In this document: positions 1-13,958 of the stretch, piece by piece
Position numbering within the stretch: the first letter of the stretch is position 1
Layout of the letters: each line of letters opens with the position of its first letter
NCBI GenBank assembly: GCA_051047955.1
Contig: JBPGPT010000004.1
Span: forward strand, 558,001 to 622,000
Length of the DNA: 64,000 nucleotides
Direction: 5' to 3'
Source of the DNA: Cystobasidiomycetes sp. EMM_F5
Taxonomy: Eukaryota
Translations under genes and position numbers: made by a program
Notes under the pieces: generated by a model
The model's database searches: none
The model's input: the letters and a program-made list of their open reading frames with translations, nothing else
What the model was told of the DNA's origin: nothing

Positions 1-71
1 TTGTGGATACATTGGCGATGTCTTCAGTCAATAGCGTTTTACTTTCTGAGTCAAGCTACACCCTGTCTTCG

Positions 72-1191
72 TTATGGCTCGCCGGTACCCTTTCTCGTTC
101 CTTTTGCCATATCGCTCTGTGCCTCATCGCGCAGATAGCGTCCATAGATTTCTTCGTAGTACTTTTCCTCACTCAGCGTGCGGACTACACTGTCCCGTTG
201 CAAGATTGTCTTTCTCCAGTTTTTGAATCCGTCGTTTAGCAAATCGTCCTTCAAACCCCGATGTTGTTCCAGAATGTACAAGCGTGCTGCAAATGGTGCA
301 AGGATAATGTCTGCAAAAGTAAGGTCCTCGCCCGCCCTGTTGTACAAAGACCAGCGTCAAGCGCTATGCCAACTTTTGCAAACTATGCTCACCAGTATGG
401 CCCTTTCACTCCGTCACCGAAGTGGTTGAGCGCTTTCACCACATCCTTGAGGCCCTCGGCCTGTTTGTCGGCATCTTGTGCTTGGAGGCAGCGGAAGTAC
501 GCTGGGATGAATGACTTGCTGGTGTGCTAGCAGAAACTACGAATCAGTAACTGCTAATGTTGGGCGGCCACACATGCTTACATCCACAGAGATCCTAGCT
601 TGAGCGGCAGTATATGCATCATTGGACCGCAGGCGCGGAGTGTGTTCCGGATATGCTGTAATGGGAGCGACTATTTTCAGTGATGTTATCGCGACACCGC
701 GGCTGTGAGGTTATATACCATCTTCTAGATATTCAAGAATGACTTGGGACTCATGTAAAGGCTTGCCCTTGATCGAAATTGCCTGAGAAGACGCTTTCAG
801 TATGCGTTCTTGAAACGATGTAGGAGAGTGCGTACAGGGACTAGACCTTTCGGGCTGACTTTGAGAAATTGTTCATCCTTGTGATAGGGATTCTCCTCCT
901 CTGTAGTGAGTTGTGATACTCGTCAGAAACGTACACGCAATGGATCGGCTCTTGCAGAACCTACTGTACTGATACGGTATCTTCTTTTCTTCCAATGCGA
1001 TCCAGACTCGTTGAACAAAGCTAACATGGAAGGTTTGATATGCGGCGTTTTCGAACAGTATACTGAATGAAAGCTTACGGGCAAAACCAACCGCTATAGA
1101 AGATAAGATCCTGCGGGTCTTGATGCGCGTTGACAGTCGAGATGGCTTTACCGGTGGCAGTAGGGTGGATATCAGCGTCTGGCATACCCAT
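72..1191 (-). CDS. Glutathione S-transferase family protein (multi-exon)
   Basis: Spliced translation begins MGMPDADIHPTATG...LILYSGWFCP-FVQRVWIALEEKKIPYQY-EENPYHKD...VSPKGLVP. The C-terminal ORF 72..347 has LTFADIILAPFAARLYILEQHRG (GST C-domain). Confidence 0.9.
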
Positions 1192-1220
1192 GATGATGAT
1201 GATGATGAATGATGATGAAT
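1190..1220. repeat. (ATG/CAT)n microsatellite just upstream of the GST start
   Basis: atgatgatgatgatgatgaatgatgatgaat is seen directly. Confidence 0.8.
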
Positions 1221-1385
1221 TAGTGGTATTAGATCGTATTAGTTAGTTCGTAGCAGGTAAAGGTGCATTCGTTTGAAATGGCGTAATGCTGACAGATCAG
1301 CATGAATCACGTGCCTTGTCGCCACAAGCGGTACCGCTCGTTATGACGCGTCTTGCGTGCGAGTACTTGGTTTGATATCTCCACA

Positions 1386-2478
1386 TTACCCAAGGAAATG
1401 TGCGACGCGGTACATTGGCTCTTCATATGTGCCGGCATGATGGGAAAAGGTCGATGCACTCGGCAGTCCGTATGAACTAGCTGAAGGAAAGACAGGTGTC
1501 ATAGGCTCGTACATGCTGAAGGAACGAAATCTGTGGGGGGACACATCGCCATAGTCCGATCCAGTATCCGATTGTGACCATCGCCTCGTGGAGTACGAAT
1601 TTGATGAAGACAGCATATCGCCAAAGCTGCTTGATGGGTTCCCGAAAGAAGATCCGTACAGGCTTTGAAAAGGTCTCGGAGGATCCAACGCCAAGTCGCG
1701 CTTGAGTCTTGCGAAGTCGTCATCTGACAAGACCTCAACTACTTCACTTCAGCTGACAGTGCTTTCGTCGAACACTTCAACTCACGGTCACGCATGATAC
1801 TGTTTCCGAGCCAATCCCCGGCACTTCTCCGATCAGCCGACTGTCTTCGATCAGCTTCTCTGATCTCCTTCTCGAGAATCTCGAGACGATCTCGAGCGCG
1901 CCCTCTTCGTGTCCGCCACAACTCGTCCGTGACAAGCTCCTCACGCATACGCGCCCTATCAAGTTGCTTCTCCAGTTGCGCCTTCGCCCTCTTGGCGGTC
2001 AGAAGGGAAGAAAGATCGTTGGCCCGAGCCTCTAGCGATGTGGCTTCGGCTTGAAGTGAGGTCCGTCTTGCCCTTAGGCTGGACGATCCGACAAAGTAAG
2101 TCGAGGCTGGAAGGAGTATCAGCTTCAAGGAGCCTGTTGCTTCGGATCTGGCTCTTACTCGATGCTGGGCTTCGTGGACTTGCAGGCATTCCACGAGCTT
2201 GCTGGCTTTGGCGTAGGAGGCGAGCGGCGTGTCGGATGTCAAAATCGAAAGAGTCATCGGAACCGGTGTCGCTCAGTGCAGATGAATTAGTTGCGCGATG
2301 TGTAGAGGGCTTGTGTGACAGGTCAGGCTGTGAGCCGAGCGTCTTTGGGGAAATTGTAGGCGCAGAAGGGTCGTGGGAAGAAGGCTTAATTGTACTGCTG
2401 GAGGTTGGAGAATCAAGTCTGCCCGAAGGAGAAGTACGGCTCGCTGTAGGATCACTCGCTGCACGCATTTTGCTCATG
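1386..2478 (-). CDS. Hypothetical Ser-rich protein with a central coiled coil (3 exons; start uncertain)
   Basis: ORFs 1959..2606, 1739..2257 and 1386..1730 join in frame through canonical introns (gtaaga...ttccag; gtgagt...aagtag). The product reads ...SLQAEATSLEARANDLSSLL...MRDLEVLSDDDFARLKRDL. Confidence 0.6.
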
Positions 2479-3349
2479 TGTGACGAGTGCGAATCTTGAT
2501 AAGACGGAAGTCTTTCGGCGGCAGAAGGTGGGCGAGGTAGTTGTCGTGCTGGCGCGGCACTGGACGTACTTGCCGGCGACGTTACCGTGGACGGAGTGAA
2601 GCGCACACGCGAAGCCGGGTGTGCCGGTTTGTACTTTGTGTCTATGGTGGCACTTGTCGGACGAGTCTGCGATTTCTGTTGGGTTTCCAGGTTTATCCAG
2701 TATATCTTGCCGGACCTGAGCGATGAGGGTCATCAGTGGCTCGCGTCACTCATGTCAGTCCGCAACTTGCGCCTCGTCGACCTGCTCGATCCAACCGAAT
2801 GGCTGCATTGAAGCGAGTAGTCAGCAGAGTCAGCTGGATGCCCGCAGAATCAATGAGATGCACCAAGGGAGAGCCCGAGGCTTCGTCAGTGATGCGAGCC
2901 ATACTGTCCGGATGACTGGAAAGTCAAAGGTAGATGATATCGCGGGACTGGAACGAAGAGTGAACGATGCTGTCATAGCGGTATGCGCTCAACGGATCCG
3001 GATTATGGACCGTCAGCAGTCGCAAGGTGTTCCGTACAGTTTCGAAAGAGCATGTTGGCTTCCCTCGTTCTCGTTCTCGTTCTCAGGATGCTGGACTTCA
3101 GCTGTCGTTAACGCTTGCAACCTGCAGATTCTCCAGGAAAAGCGCATCGTCATCCAGCCTGCAGCTGCTCCCGCTCTTGCACATATATATGCTCGAACCA
3201 CGACATTATTGGCACAACATGCTTGCGCTGAAGTTGGGAGGAAGGCTAACTACTCATTCCAGGAACTGCCAAAACAAGGGCAGACTGCTGACTTTCCTTT
3301 CCTCCGGACTGACTAGACTCGAGCTTCTTTATACATCTCTAAGAACATC

Positions 3350-4466
3350 ATGCAGACACGTACACGCTCACGCTGCGAACATGCGAAGCCTAGCGCAGAA
3401 GTCAATGTCAATGCTAAAGGTACGACGCGTCCTGGCCTTCAACGCGTATTCAAAACAAAACTGATGAATAATACAGAAGCCTTCCCACGCGTGACCATCG
3501 ACGATCAGATAAAGAATGCGCGAAAGCCACTCATCTGGCTACACCGCGTTCCCGCTCACGCTGGAATGGATGCTACCAGAGGAAATACATACGGAGAAGT
3601 CGCAATGACCCTATTCGAAGAGAACGCTCCCATTCTCTTGAGCACATCCATGCCTGAGGCTGCCAAGAAAGTGGTCTATCGGGGTCAGTGCAGCTGCTTT
3701 GCTCGAGCCGCTAAGTGGCTGATGGCATCTGTGGCATCTGTCAGGCATGGCCGTGACTCTGTTCATCAAGCCTACCGAGGCAATTACGCACACGGAAGCT
3801 CAGGTTCAACTGATAGCTGACTCAGTGGAAGCCTACTTCGAGGAGTGTCATGATAAATTCAGAAGATTGAAGTCTGCGGTCGACGCCTCCACCGGGTGCA
3901 TGTCTGCAACTGGCAGCGGCTCCGCGACTGCCGCACGAGCAGCAGCATGTGCTGAATTTCCCTTCTTTGAGCGCTGGCTGGCTTTGGACACACTATGCGC
4001 TCGGGGTACTGCCGTCTCTGGCCCTGGTGCGGCACCTGATGCTGGAAAGCAAGGCAAACCCTTCCTGTCGACAAAGATGGCGAGAGATCGAGACACTGCC
4101 GGGAAACGAAAGCGGCATTCCTCGTTGAGCTCATCGAGTACAAGCGATACGGAAAGTGAAAACAGCGATAGCGAGTCCTCGCGTCCATTGGCGCGTAAGA
4201 GGGAGTCTGGCAGGCACTGTCGGTGCGTCAAGACGATCAAGACAAGCTCACTCTCGTCATATGATGCTTGGTATTTGGGTGTAGCGAGGGTGCTCTTGAA
4301 AACCGAGACGGTTCGGTTACGTGACGAGATGCAAGCAGATGCACGGATGGCGCAGATAGCGTCGGAGGAACGGCTAAAGAAAGCTCTGTCGCGCGACGAG
4401 ACCATTCGAGAATTCTTGAAGAGTGGAGATCACGCAGGCGTGATGCTGTACATGGGCAGGAAATAG
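3350..4466 (+). CDS. Hypothetical nuclear protein, Myb/SANT(trihelix)-like
   Basis: Two canonical introns (gtacga...atacag; gtcagt...tgtcag) give one ORF. It has the pattern LIWL...KFRRLKSAVDASTG...CAEFPFFERW, a basic GKRKRH patch and a C-terminal coiled coil. Confidence 0.55.
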
Positions 4467-4791
4467 GAAATAGTCTTCTCCGCTCAGAACTTTGAGTGAT
4501 TCAGATGACCGGAGGTTGCCACGGATGTCCGGAAGTTGTATGTAAACGAGATATGATAGAAGCGACTGCAGAATATATCGCCAGCTCGCTACGTTCGTCT
4601 GCGACTATTGCTGTTACAAGCTGCATCACTCGCCACCTGAAAGAAGGGGTTCTGGTCTGACGATGATTTTTGCATGCATGCATTTGAAGACGAAAATTGC
4701 GAATGGCTTGACTTTGGGACAAACCTTGTAAAGCAAGGATTTGAATTGGATATTCCTGAAGACTTCAGCGCAACATCCTCTATCCTCCGAG

Positions 4792-6935
4792 ATGGCTAAA
4801 GCACCAAAGGTCAAGTCCAACCCGGCTGCCGCTCAGGCGAATGCAAAACCGACGGCCGCAAAGAAGGACACCAAGCCAGCAAAAGCGGCAGAGCCAAAGG
4901 CAGCTGCTAAAGGCAAGGATAGCAAGAAGGATGTAAAGGCTGCAGCAGTACCAGCAAAGGCTGCTCCTGCTAAGCCCACCAACGGCAAATCTGCAAAACC
5001 TGCAGAATCTTCAGATTCCGACGATTCTGACGAAGACTCTTCGGACGAAGACGAGCAAGCACAGCCAGAGGAGAAGAGCAAAGCTGCCTCTGTAAAGTCC
5101 GCCGCTGCCGCTGCGCTTCCTGGCAAAAAAGCTGCAGAATCTTCATCAGAAGACGACAGCAGTGACGAGGATGATTCTGACAGCGACGATGATGCAGAGG
5201 TGAGCTCTACTGATCTACAACCCATGTCATATCGACTTTGGCTTAAACATCTCTTTCTCAGATCAAGCCAGTCGCAGCTCCTGCAGGCAAAGCCGCAAAG
5301 AATGCTGTCGACAACACCAAGACTGTCGCTGCTAGTACGACTCAAGCAGCAAAGAAAGCTGTAATCGACGCCGCTACTACCGTCAAAAAGGGCGCAGCCG
5401 GTGCCGTGAATGCTGCCGCAAAGAAAGTGGAAGCTGCAACGGAAGAGGCAGATTCTGACGACGACGACGATGACTCTTCAGAAGGAACTTCTGATGATGA
5501 CTCCGATGCTGCCCCTGCGCCTGCCGTAAAGGCTGCAGCTGCCAATGTGCAGAAGAAGGGTGCTGAGGCGAAGAAGGCCGTCACCGATGTCGCTCAGACT
5601 GCCGCTGCCAAAGGTGCAAAGGCTGTCAATGGCGCAAAGCAGCAAGTGGCTGCTGCTGCAAAGGATGCTGTTGCCGAGTCGTCGGATGACGACGACGACG
5701 ACGACTCCTCTGATGAAGATGACGAGGAGGAGGCGCCAAAGGTTGGTAAAACCCGCATTCGATCATACTTTACATTCTCTAACATCGCCGTCTTCACACA
5801 GGCGGGGACCAAGCGAACTGCTGAAGATGCAGAGAGCAGCGATGATTCGTCTGATGACGATGACGATGACGACGAGGACGAGACGTCTGCACCTGTCGCA
5901 AAGAAGGGCAAAGATGCAGCTCCTCCTGCCAAGAAGGTAAAGACCGAAGCTGCTGCAGCTGATGGTGCAGCAGACTCCGGCGCGAGCAAGACTGTTTATG
6001 TGGGCGGTCTGTCATGGGGCGTTGACGACGCAGCTCTCCAAGAGTACTTTGCAGAGTACGGCGACGTCGTGTCTGCTCGTGTCATTACTGACCGAGAGAG
6101 CGGCAAGAGCAAAGGGTTCGGCTATGTCGAGTTCGCCGAGGATGGCATTGCACAAAAGGCGGTTGACGGATCACACGGAACGGAGTGGGAGGGCCGAACA
6201 TTGAAGGTTGACATTTCACACCCGAGACCTGCGCGAGAGCCAGGATTCGGAAAGGAGGCAGACCGAAGTGGGCGAAGCACGCCAGTCAAAAAATACAACG
6301 AGGAGCTGGGTCCTCCGACGACTACGGTGTTCGTCGGCAATCTGCCGTTCGAGACGGATGAGGATGCCGTGTGGGAAGCATTCAACGAGCACGGCAAAGT
6401 GTCCAACGTTCGGCTGCCAAAACATCCCGATACCGAGCAGCTCAAGGGCTTTGGATATGTGCAATTCAACTCTGTTGAGGAAGCGCAAAAGGCTATTGAT
6501 GCTGGCCGTGGCCAGGACGGTATTTGGTTGGGCAACCGCCAAGTTCGCGTTGACTTTGGTCAAGAACGAACAGGAGGCGGAGGCGGAGGCGAAAGTCGAG
6601 GAGGCTTTGGCGGTGGCCGGGGCGGCGGTCGTGGTGGAGGCCGAGGAGGCTTCGGAGGTGACCGTGGCGGACGAGGCGGTTTCGGCGGTGATCGCGGTGG
6701 TCGAGGCGGCCGTGGAGGCGGTCGAGGCGGCTTTGGCGACCGCGGAGGCCGTGGCGGAGATCGAGGTGGTCGAGGTGGAGGACGAGGTCAGTCTTTTCAT
6801 CAGTGTATCAGCGGTATCCAGCTGTTTTTTGCTAACGTCGAAATCTTTCTAGGAGGTCGTGGTCGTGATGCTGGATGGGCTGCCCGAACCGGTGCTGCCG
6901 TACCAGGTGCTGGCAAGAAGATGACCTTTGACTGA
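4792..6935 (+). CDS. NSR1: Nucleolin-like protein (Nsr1/Gar2): acidic-Ser tracts, two RRMs, RGG tail
   Basis: RRM1 has VYVGGLSW...KSKGFGYVEF and RRM2 has VFVGNLPF...KGFGYVQF. A long RGG/GAR domain follows and the protein ends GKKMTFD. Confidence 0.93.
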
Positions 6936-7303
6936 TTGGTCTGCTGCACGGCGTCGCCTTCTGATCGCCTGAGCTGGTCCCCGTCCAAGCGGTTCTCCAC
7001 CTTCTATCCAATCACATCCAAAACATCTGCAAGTCTGCAGAGATACCTAGTACCACCATTATGGTGGACGCATCTTGGAGCTTCTCCTGTACTCGGGCAC
7101 TCTGAATCATTGCACGCTCATACACTCGCAGTCCTCGAACGGCAAAGCGAGAATGTGACATCATGACGATAAATCTGGGCTGTTTGCGGTCTTTGTAGTA
7201 GTACTGTCTCGTGTTGTCTGATGTTTTCGCAGTAGAAGTGCTTCCTATTCAACCTGGATCGGACTTGGGTTTCCATTGCCCGTTCTTGCTTTCACCCGAC
7301 GAC

Positions 7304-9364
7304 ATGGATCTGTATGGAACATGGGACGCAGGCAACGACAGCGGGCGGAGCACACCAGTCCCGGGTGACCACGATGCCCCGGCCAGCAGCGATGGCGGCC
7401 AGGCGTTGCAGCGGGAGCTGGAACAGATGGGCTCAGTCGTCAGCGGGATGGGCAAGACTCTGGGCAGCTACTGGGGCGGCTTCAGGCGGCAGGTGAGTGG
7501 TGTTGGGTGTGTTTAATGCGCTGATAATTGATACATGTCTTGAATAATGCGCTGATAATTTGATACATACCTTGAATACCATGTTTAAAGTCGGCCGCCG
7601 CACTCAAACAATCCCAGCAATACGCTTCAACGGCTACCAAGGATCTGACGCCGTATCTCGACAAGGCCAAGCAGGAGCTCGACAAGCTGAGCGAGCAGGC
7701 GCGCGCCAGTGCCCAAGCAGGCCAAGCGGCGTCGTTGGCAGGCGATACCGCCGTCACGGCAGAGGGAGCTTCTGTCGCTCCTGCCGATGACGCCGTCGTG
7801 CAGCATCCTGTTGCTGCTCCTGATGCATCCCCATCATCGCCTAAAGCCGGATCTTCGTCTGACAGGGACGGCGACCGGCGCTCCTCTTCTACATCCTCAT
7901 CATCTCCAACAATGACGGCCGCAGCCTTCTTTGGTCGACTACAGACTCAGCTCTCCAGCAATCCCAACTTTCAATCCTTCCAGCACAACCTCGTCAATAT
8001 GCAAGATCAACTCAGGTCGACTGTAGATTTCAGCCGGATAGACTTGCACGAAGCACAGAAGCGCGCGGAATCTGCAATGAATCAAGGCGAAAAGTACTTC
8101 AAGGTCGCAAGTAAGGAGCTGACAGACCTGTTTGGCGAAGCTGTTCGAATCGTTCCCCCAAGCGGTAGCGTACAGGCCGGCAAGGGTGGGAGCAGGGCAG
8201 GTGCAGATCAGCGAAAGAAGGAGGCAGCTGCTGCTGCTGCAGGGAGGAAGGAGACACTCTTGTACAAACTCAGATCGGATCCGTCTGTGCTGTCGGTCAA
8301 CCCGGCCTCGCCGCCTGCACTCGATGCGGGAGCACGGAGAGAGAGTGACATGTCAGCATCGCAGTCCCATGCCGATACGTCGGAAGCATTCGCCCACTTC
8401 AAGACATCAATTGACAATGAGGGTGGTCTCGAGGCTGGCAAGTGGAAGCTGCGAATAGAGGCAGAGTTGGCAGACGAAAACTACGGGCCAGTTCTAAGCA
8501 CGACTATAAACAAGCTGGGTGAGTAGAAAGCCTTGCGTTATTTTCACGGAGCCCTCTGGTTAAGCTCATTTGTCGCTTCTCGTCAACAGTGCCAAGTGAA
8601 ATGCCCATGAATGACTTCTGGGTGCGCTACTTCTACCGCATGCAACAGATCGAAGAGGATGAAGCTCGACGGCGGGAAATTCTCGAAGGTGCGATAGCTT
8701 GAGACTCCACAATATAATATCCTGTTCCTAATTTGACGGGTAACTGAACCTTCTTTGTCCTACAGGTGTAGCCAAGAATGAAGAAGAAGACTTCGACTGG
8801 GACATGGAAGAAGACGATGCTGACGCGACGGTACATGACGTACCTGAGGCGAAGGATAACGACGTCGCTGCAGCATCAAACCTAGACAAAGGCAAAGGGA
8901 AAGCTGCTGAAGCTTCGCATGAAGACGATGAAGTCGCTATACCGACACCGAAACTTGGCCAAATGCCCGCTTCGCCTGCTAGTAGACCACAGAACCTGGA
9001 TGTCAAGTCCAATACGCGAGCTTCAACCCCGTCTGGATCCGACGTCGAAGAGTCATGGGGCATGTCGCCAGTCGGTGGCTCGCCGGGCGCACGGACCATC
9101 TCTGAAGATGTCGTCCCGAAAGGCGTTCCGGCGCAATCGGTCGAGCCTCCTTCTGTGCTCTTGGACGAGCGAAAAACCTCTACCACGTCAACTCGCAACT
9201 CGTCGGAAGAGGGAACGACTAGCTCGTTTGACATCGTCTCTGCCACATCTGGTGATCCGCCTGGAAGTCCCGAGGCCCATCCCGCAGTTGCGCCTGCGAC
9301 TAAATCGAATGCTCAGCCGACCGCAAAGGCAGCCGACGAAGATGAGGACTCTGATTGGGAGTAG
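7304..9364 (+). CDS. BSD-domain protein (DOS2-like)
   Basis: Spliced segment LVPSEMPMNDFWVRYFYRMQQIEEDEARRREIL...EEEDFDWD. The acidic C-terminus ends EDEDSDWE. Confidence 0.85.
7514..7576. repeat. Intronic tandem duplication, two copies of about 31 bp
   Basis: taatgcgctgataattgatacatgtcttgaa / taatgcgctgataatttgatacataccttgaa in intron 1 of the BSD gene. Confidence 0.85.
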
Positions 9365-9677
9365 TGCTATACTTTGACACGTTTGCTTCATCAGTATCTC
9401 AAGCAGTCCTTCGTGCGTCAACAACCGATTATGTATCTTAATGCCCCAAGCTCGTTCCGAGCATATCCTGAATGATGTTGTCGTATGCTCGCAGTGTGCT
9501 ATTGCTTGTCTAGATGAATGAAATGGATGTCCCGACCTACGGGCGTTGCATCATTACCCATTCCTCACGCTGGCCGTCAAGGATTCACATATGCCATCAC
9601 AGTAGTCACCACACCTTCATTTCGGAAACCACGCTCACTTCTGGCATCAAAGTCAACCTATCACATTTCCAGTCAAC

Positions 9678-11273
9678 ATGTCGGCAGGCGCCATGTCCAA
9701 GATCAGATTACGATGGCACAGCCTGTGGCCGGCGTCGTGGTATCTGCGCGCATACTTGATGGTGGTGCTCGCAGAAGCCGCTGGCGATATTGCCATTGGT
9801 AGGCATGATTGTTCCATTGTCAAATACCGGTCTTGCTAAACGAAACATTTGCAGAATCAGTATTGTTGGCCAAGTTTGAGGGTGGATTTAGGATACTCTT
9901 CTTCAGCGACACGGTCAAGGATGAGAGGGCCGCCCTGCCAGTCTATCTCGGCATATTCGTTATGGCTCAGTATGTGTATGCAGTGCTAAAGCGCAGGACG
10001 CTCGCAACTGACAGATCTGTCTGCGGTGTAGCATCTTCCAGATACTCCTCGCTTGGGAGGCTGTATACAACCGTAACATGCTGCAGGTGGGGTGGATCCT
10101 TTTGATGCGTTTGCAATTCGCACTCACTTCACGCGTCGATTTCCCTAGATCTTCGGCTTGTGCATTTTCAACGCCATGTTTCTCATCTACGCCGTCATAC
10201 AGATTAGCGAAATCAAGCAAGCATTCACAGTCCTGAAAAATGGCATGGACAGGCCGAGTCTCGTCATGATCATGGTGATTCCGGTCATTATCGGAGTGGC
10301 CGAAGCAATCTACATTGGTCTCAGTTACTACATCTATCGAGTACTAGGATGGGAGGTGTACAAGAAGCTCGGCGCAGATCGTTCCATGAAACGGATGTAT
10401 CTTGCATATCAGGGTGCGTCTCGCTTCACAAACTGTTAAGAGGCAATCGAGATGAAGGCTGATTCTGCGTTCATACGATACATAGTCTACATCTGCATCC
10501 TCAAGTTTGATTTCTTTTTTTTTGTCGCTTTCTCATTGCAATTCTGGCTACTCGTGCCAGACCAGTCAGCCTCGGAGGTGTGTGCGCCTATTTAGCGACA
10601 CTAACAATCGTCACTGACACTTTGATTCGCTCCTGCAGCGGTATCTCACGCTGGGTGCTGCGCTCATTTCGCCCCTGATACTGTCAGCAGGCTACCTAGC
10701 CGTGCGAAAAGAAATCAAGCCACTCATGTATGCGATGCTAGCTGCTTGCGTCCTCGCAGCTGGATATTTCCTGTTCAAGGTAAGTCGCTTGGATCAACTA
10801 TGTCAACGTAAGGTAGCGTCCTCTAAGTCTCGATGCAGCTGTTCCGCATATACGCAGACCGGACGACTACATACAGGCTGGTCTTCAAGTCTTTGACGGT
10901 ATTTTGTGAGCCAAACTTGGTAGCTTTAGTGGTGCCTTGCACGAAGGAGGCTGAATGAGCACTTTCCCAACGCACTGTGGATGTTGACATCAGCTGCACT
11001 GTCCCTCGCCAATCTCATCGTCACGTTTGGCAGCAGCATTGTCTGCTTGCGCAATTTCGGAAAAGGCCTAAAAGAGCGGTGTGAGCATCCACAGACTCAT
11101 CTCAATATTTCAGCTCAGCCCGGCTGAATCAATTCTACTCTGTTGGGGTGAACACAACAGTAAACCGGCCGCGCGTAAACCCATCTAGTCCGTCTGGTCA
11201 GGACGATTTCAAGATGAGCGGAAAACACTTCTACCTCGACAGTGCCAATTCGAGCAGGATGTCCATCGACTGA
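9678..11273 (+). CDS. UPF0658-family multi-pass Golgi membrane protein
   Basis: Spliced motifs LPVYLGIF, GWEVYKKLGADRSMKRMY, ILKFDFFFFVAFSLQF and CLRNFGKGLK; ends RMSID. Confidence 0.85.
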
Positions 11274-11682
11274 AGTGCGTTGGCGGAGATGCAGACTGCA
11301 GCAAGACGTGCTGGTCGCGTCGTGCAGTGCCAATATGGAGGCCCCGTGTAGCAATAGTGGGTGACTACAAGTGGAAGAGGCGTGTTCGAAGAGAAGACAA
11401 GTCATGGGCGACGCCTAGCGTCTGCTGGTCGAAGGCGAGGGCGGAATGTACGTCGTTCCATCATTGTTTACGCGGTCAGTGAGAGACCGGCTTGTAACCC
11501 GCTGTGGAGAAGGCGACAGTGTAGCTTTCATACTTGATGCAATGGACATTTAGCACAAGCATAAGCTCCACAACGTTGATTGGTCGCCGGATGAGTGGCA
11601 TTATTACTGTTTTGTGTACCGCGACCTCTGGCTTGCTGGACGCCAACACGAGGGCACCCAAATCCTGCACACTTGACCCAGC

Positions 11683-13546
<1,864 letters not shown>

Positions 13547-13958
13547 GGGGGGATTCGAGAATTGTGCGATGTACTACTGTGAGTGTGTATGGAGTGCGAT
13601 ATGCTTCTGCCGTTCACTCTGACCTTGTCGTCTCCGCATCAGTCTGCTTTGCTGGGCTTTTCTGTTAATTCTGCGTGTATCAGTATCGGACCACGTCGAT
13701 GAGTACGTGTACATGAATAGTGATGCGACTGCTATGCCATGAACCCTGTTCTAGCTGTCCGGCCTTTGCTCGGTCTTTGTATTGCTCGATCGTACGATAG
13801 CGAGCCACTCGGCCGGCCGGAGAGGGGCGCGTCTTCGATGACCAAGAAAGCGGAACAAAAATTTGAAAGAGGTGCGACTTTTGAGAGTTTACATGAAGAT
13901 ACACGGACAGCAGTGACATTGGACTAGGACACACTCACTCAATAGGATATTGACAATC

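Noticed and set aside
1386..2606. Apparent frameshifts suggesting a pseudogene
   Set aside because: The frame changes are explained by canonical short introns.
2723..3316. 197-aa plus-strand ORF containing a ctcgtt hexamer repeat
   Set aside because: No recognisable motif; more likely UTR or promoter of the minus-strand gene.
4792..6935. Possible intronic snoRNAs in the nucleolin gene
   Set aside because: The introns are only about 55-65 nt and lack clear C/D or H/ACA boxes.
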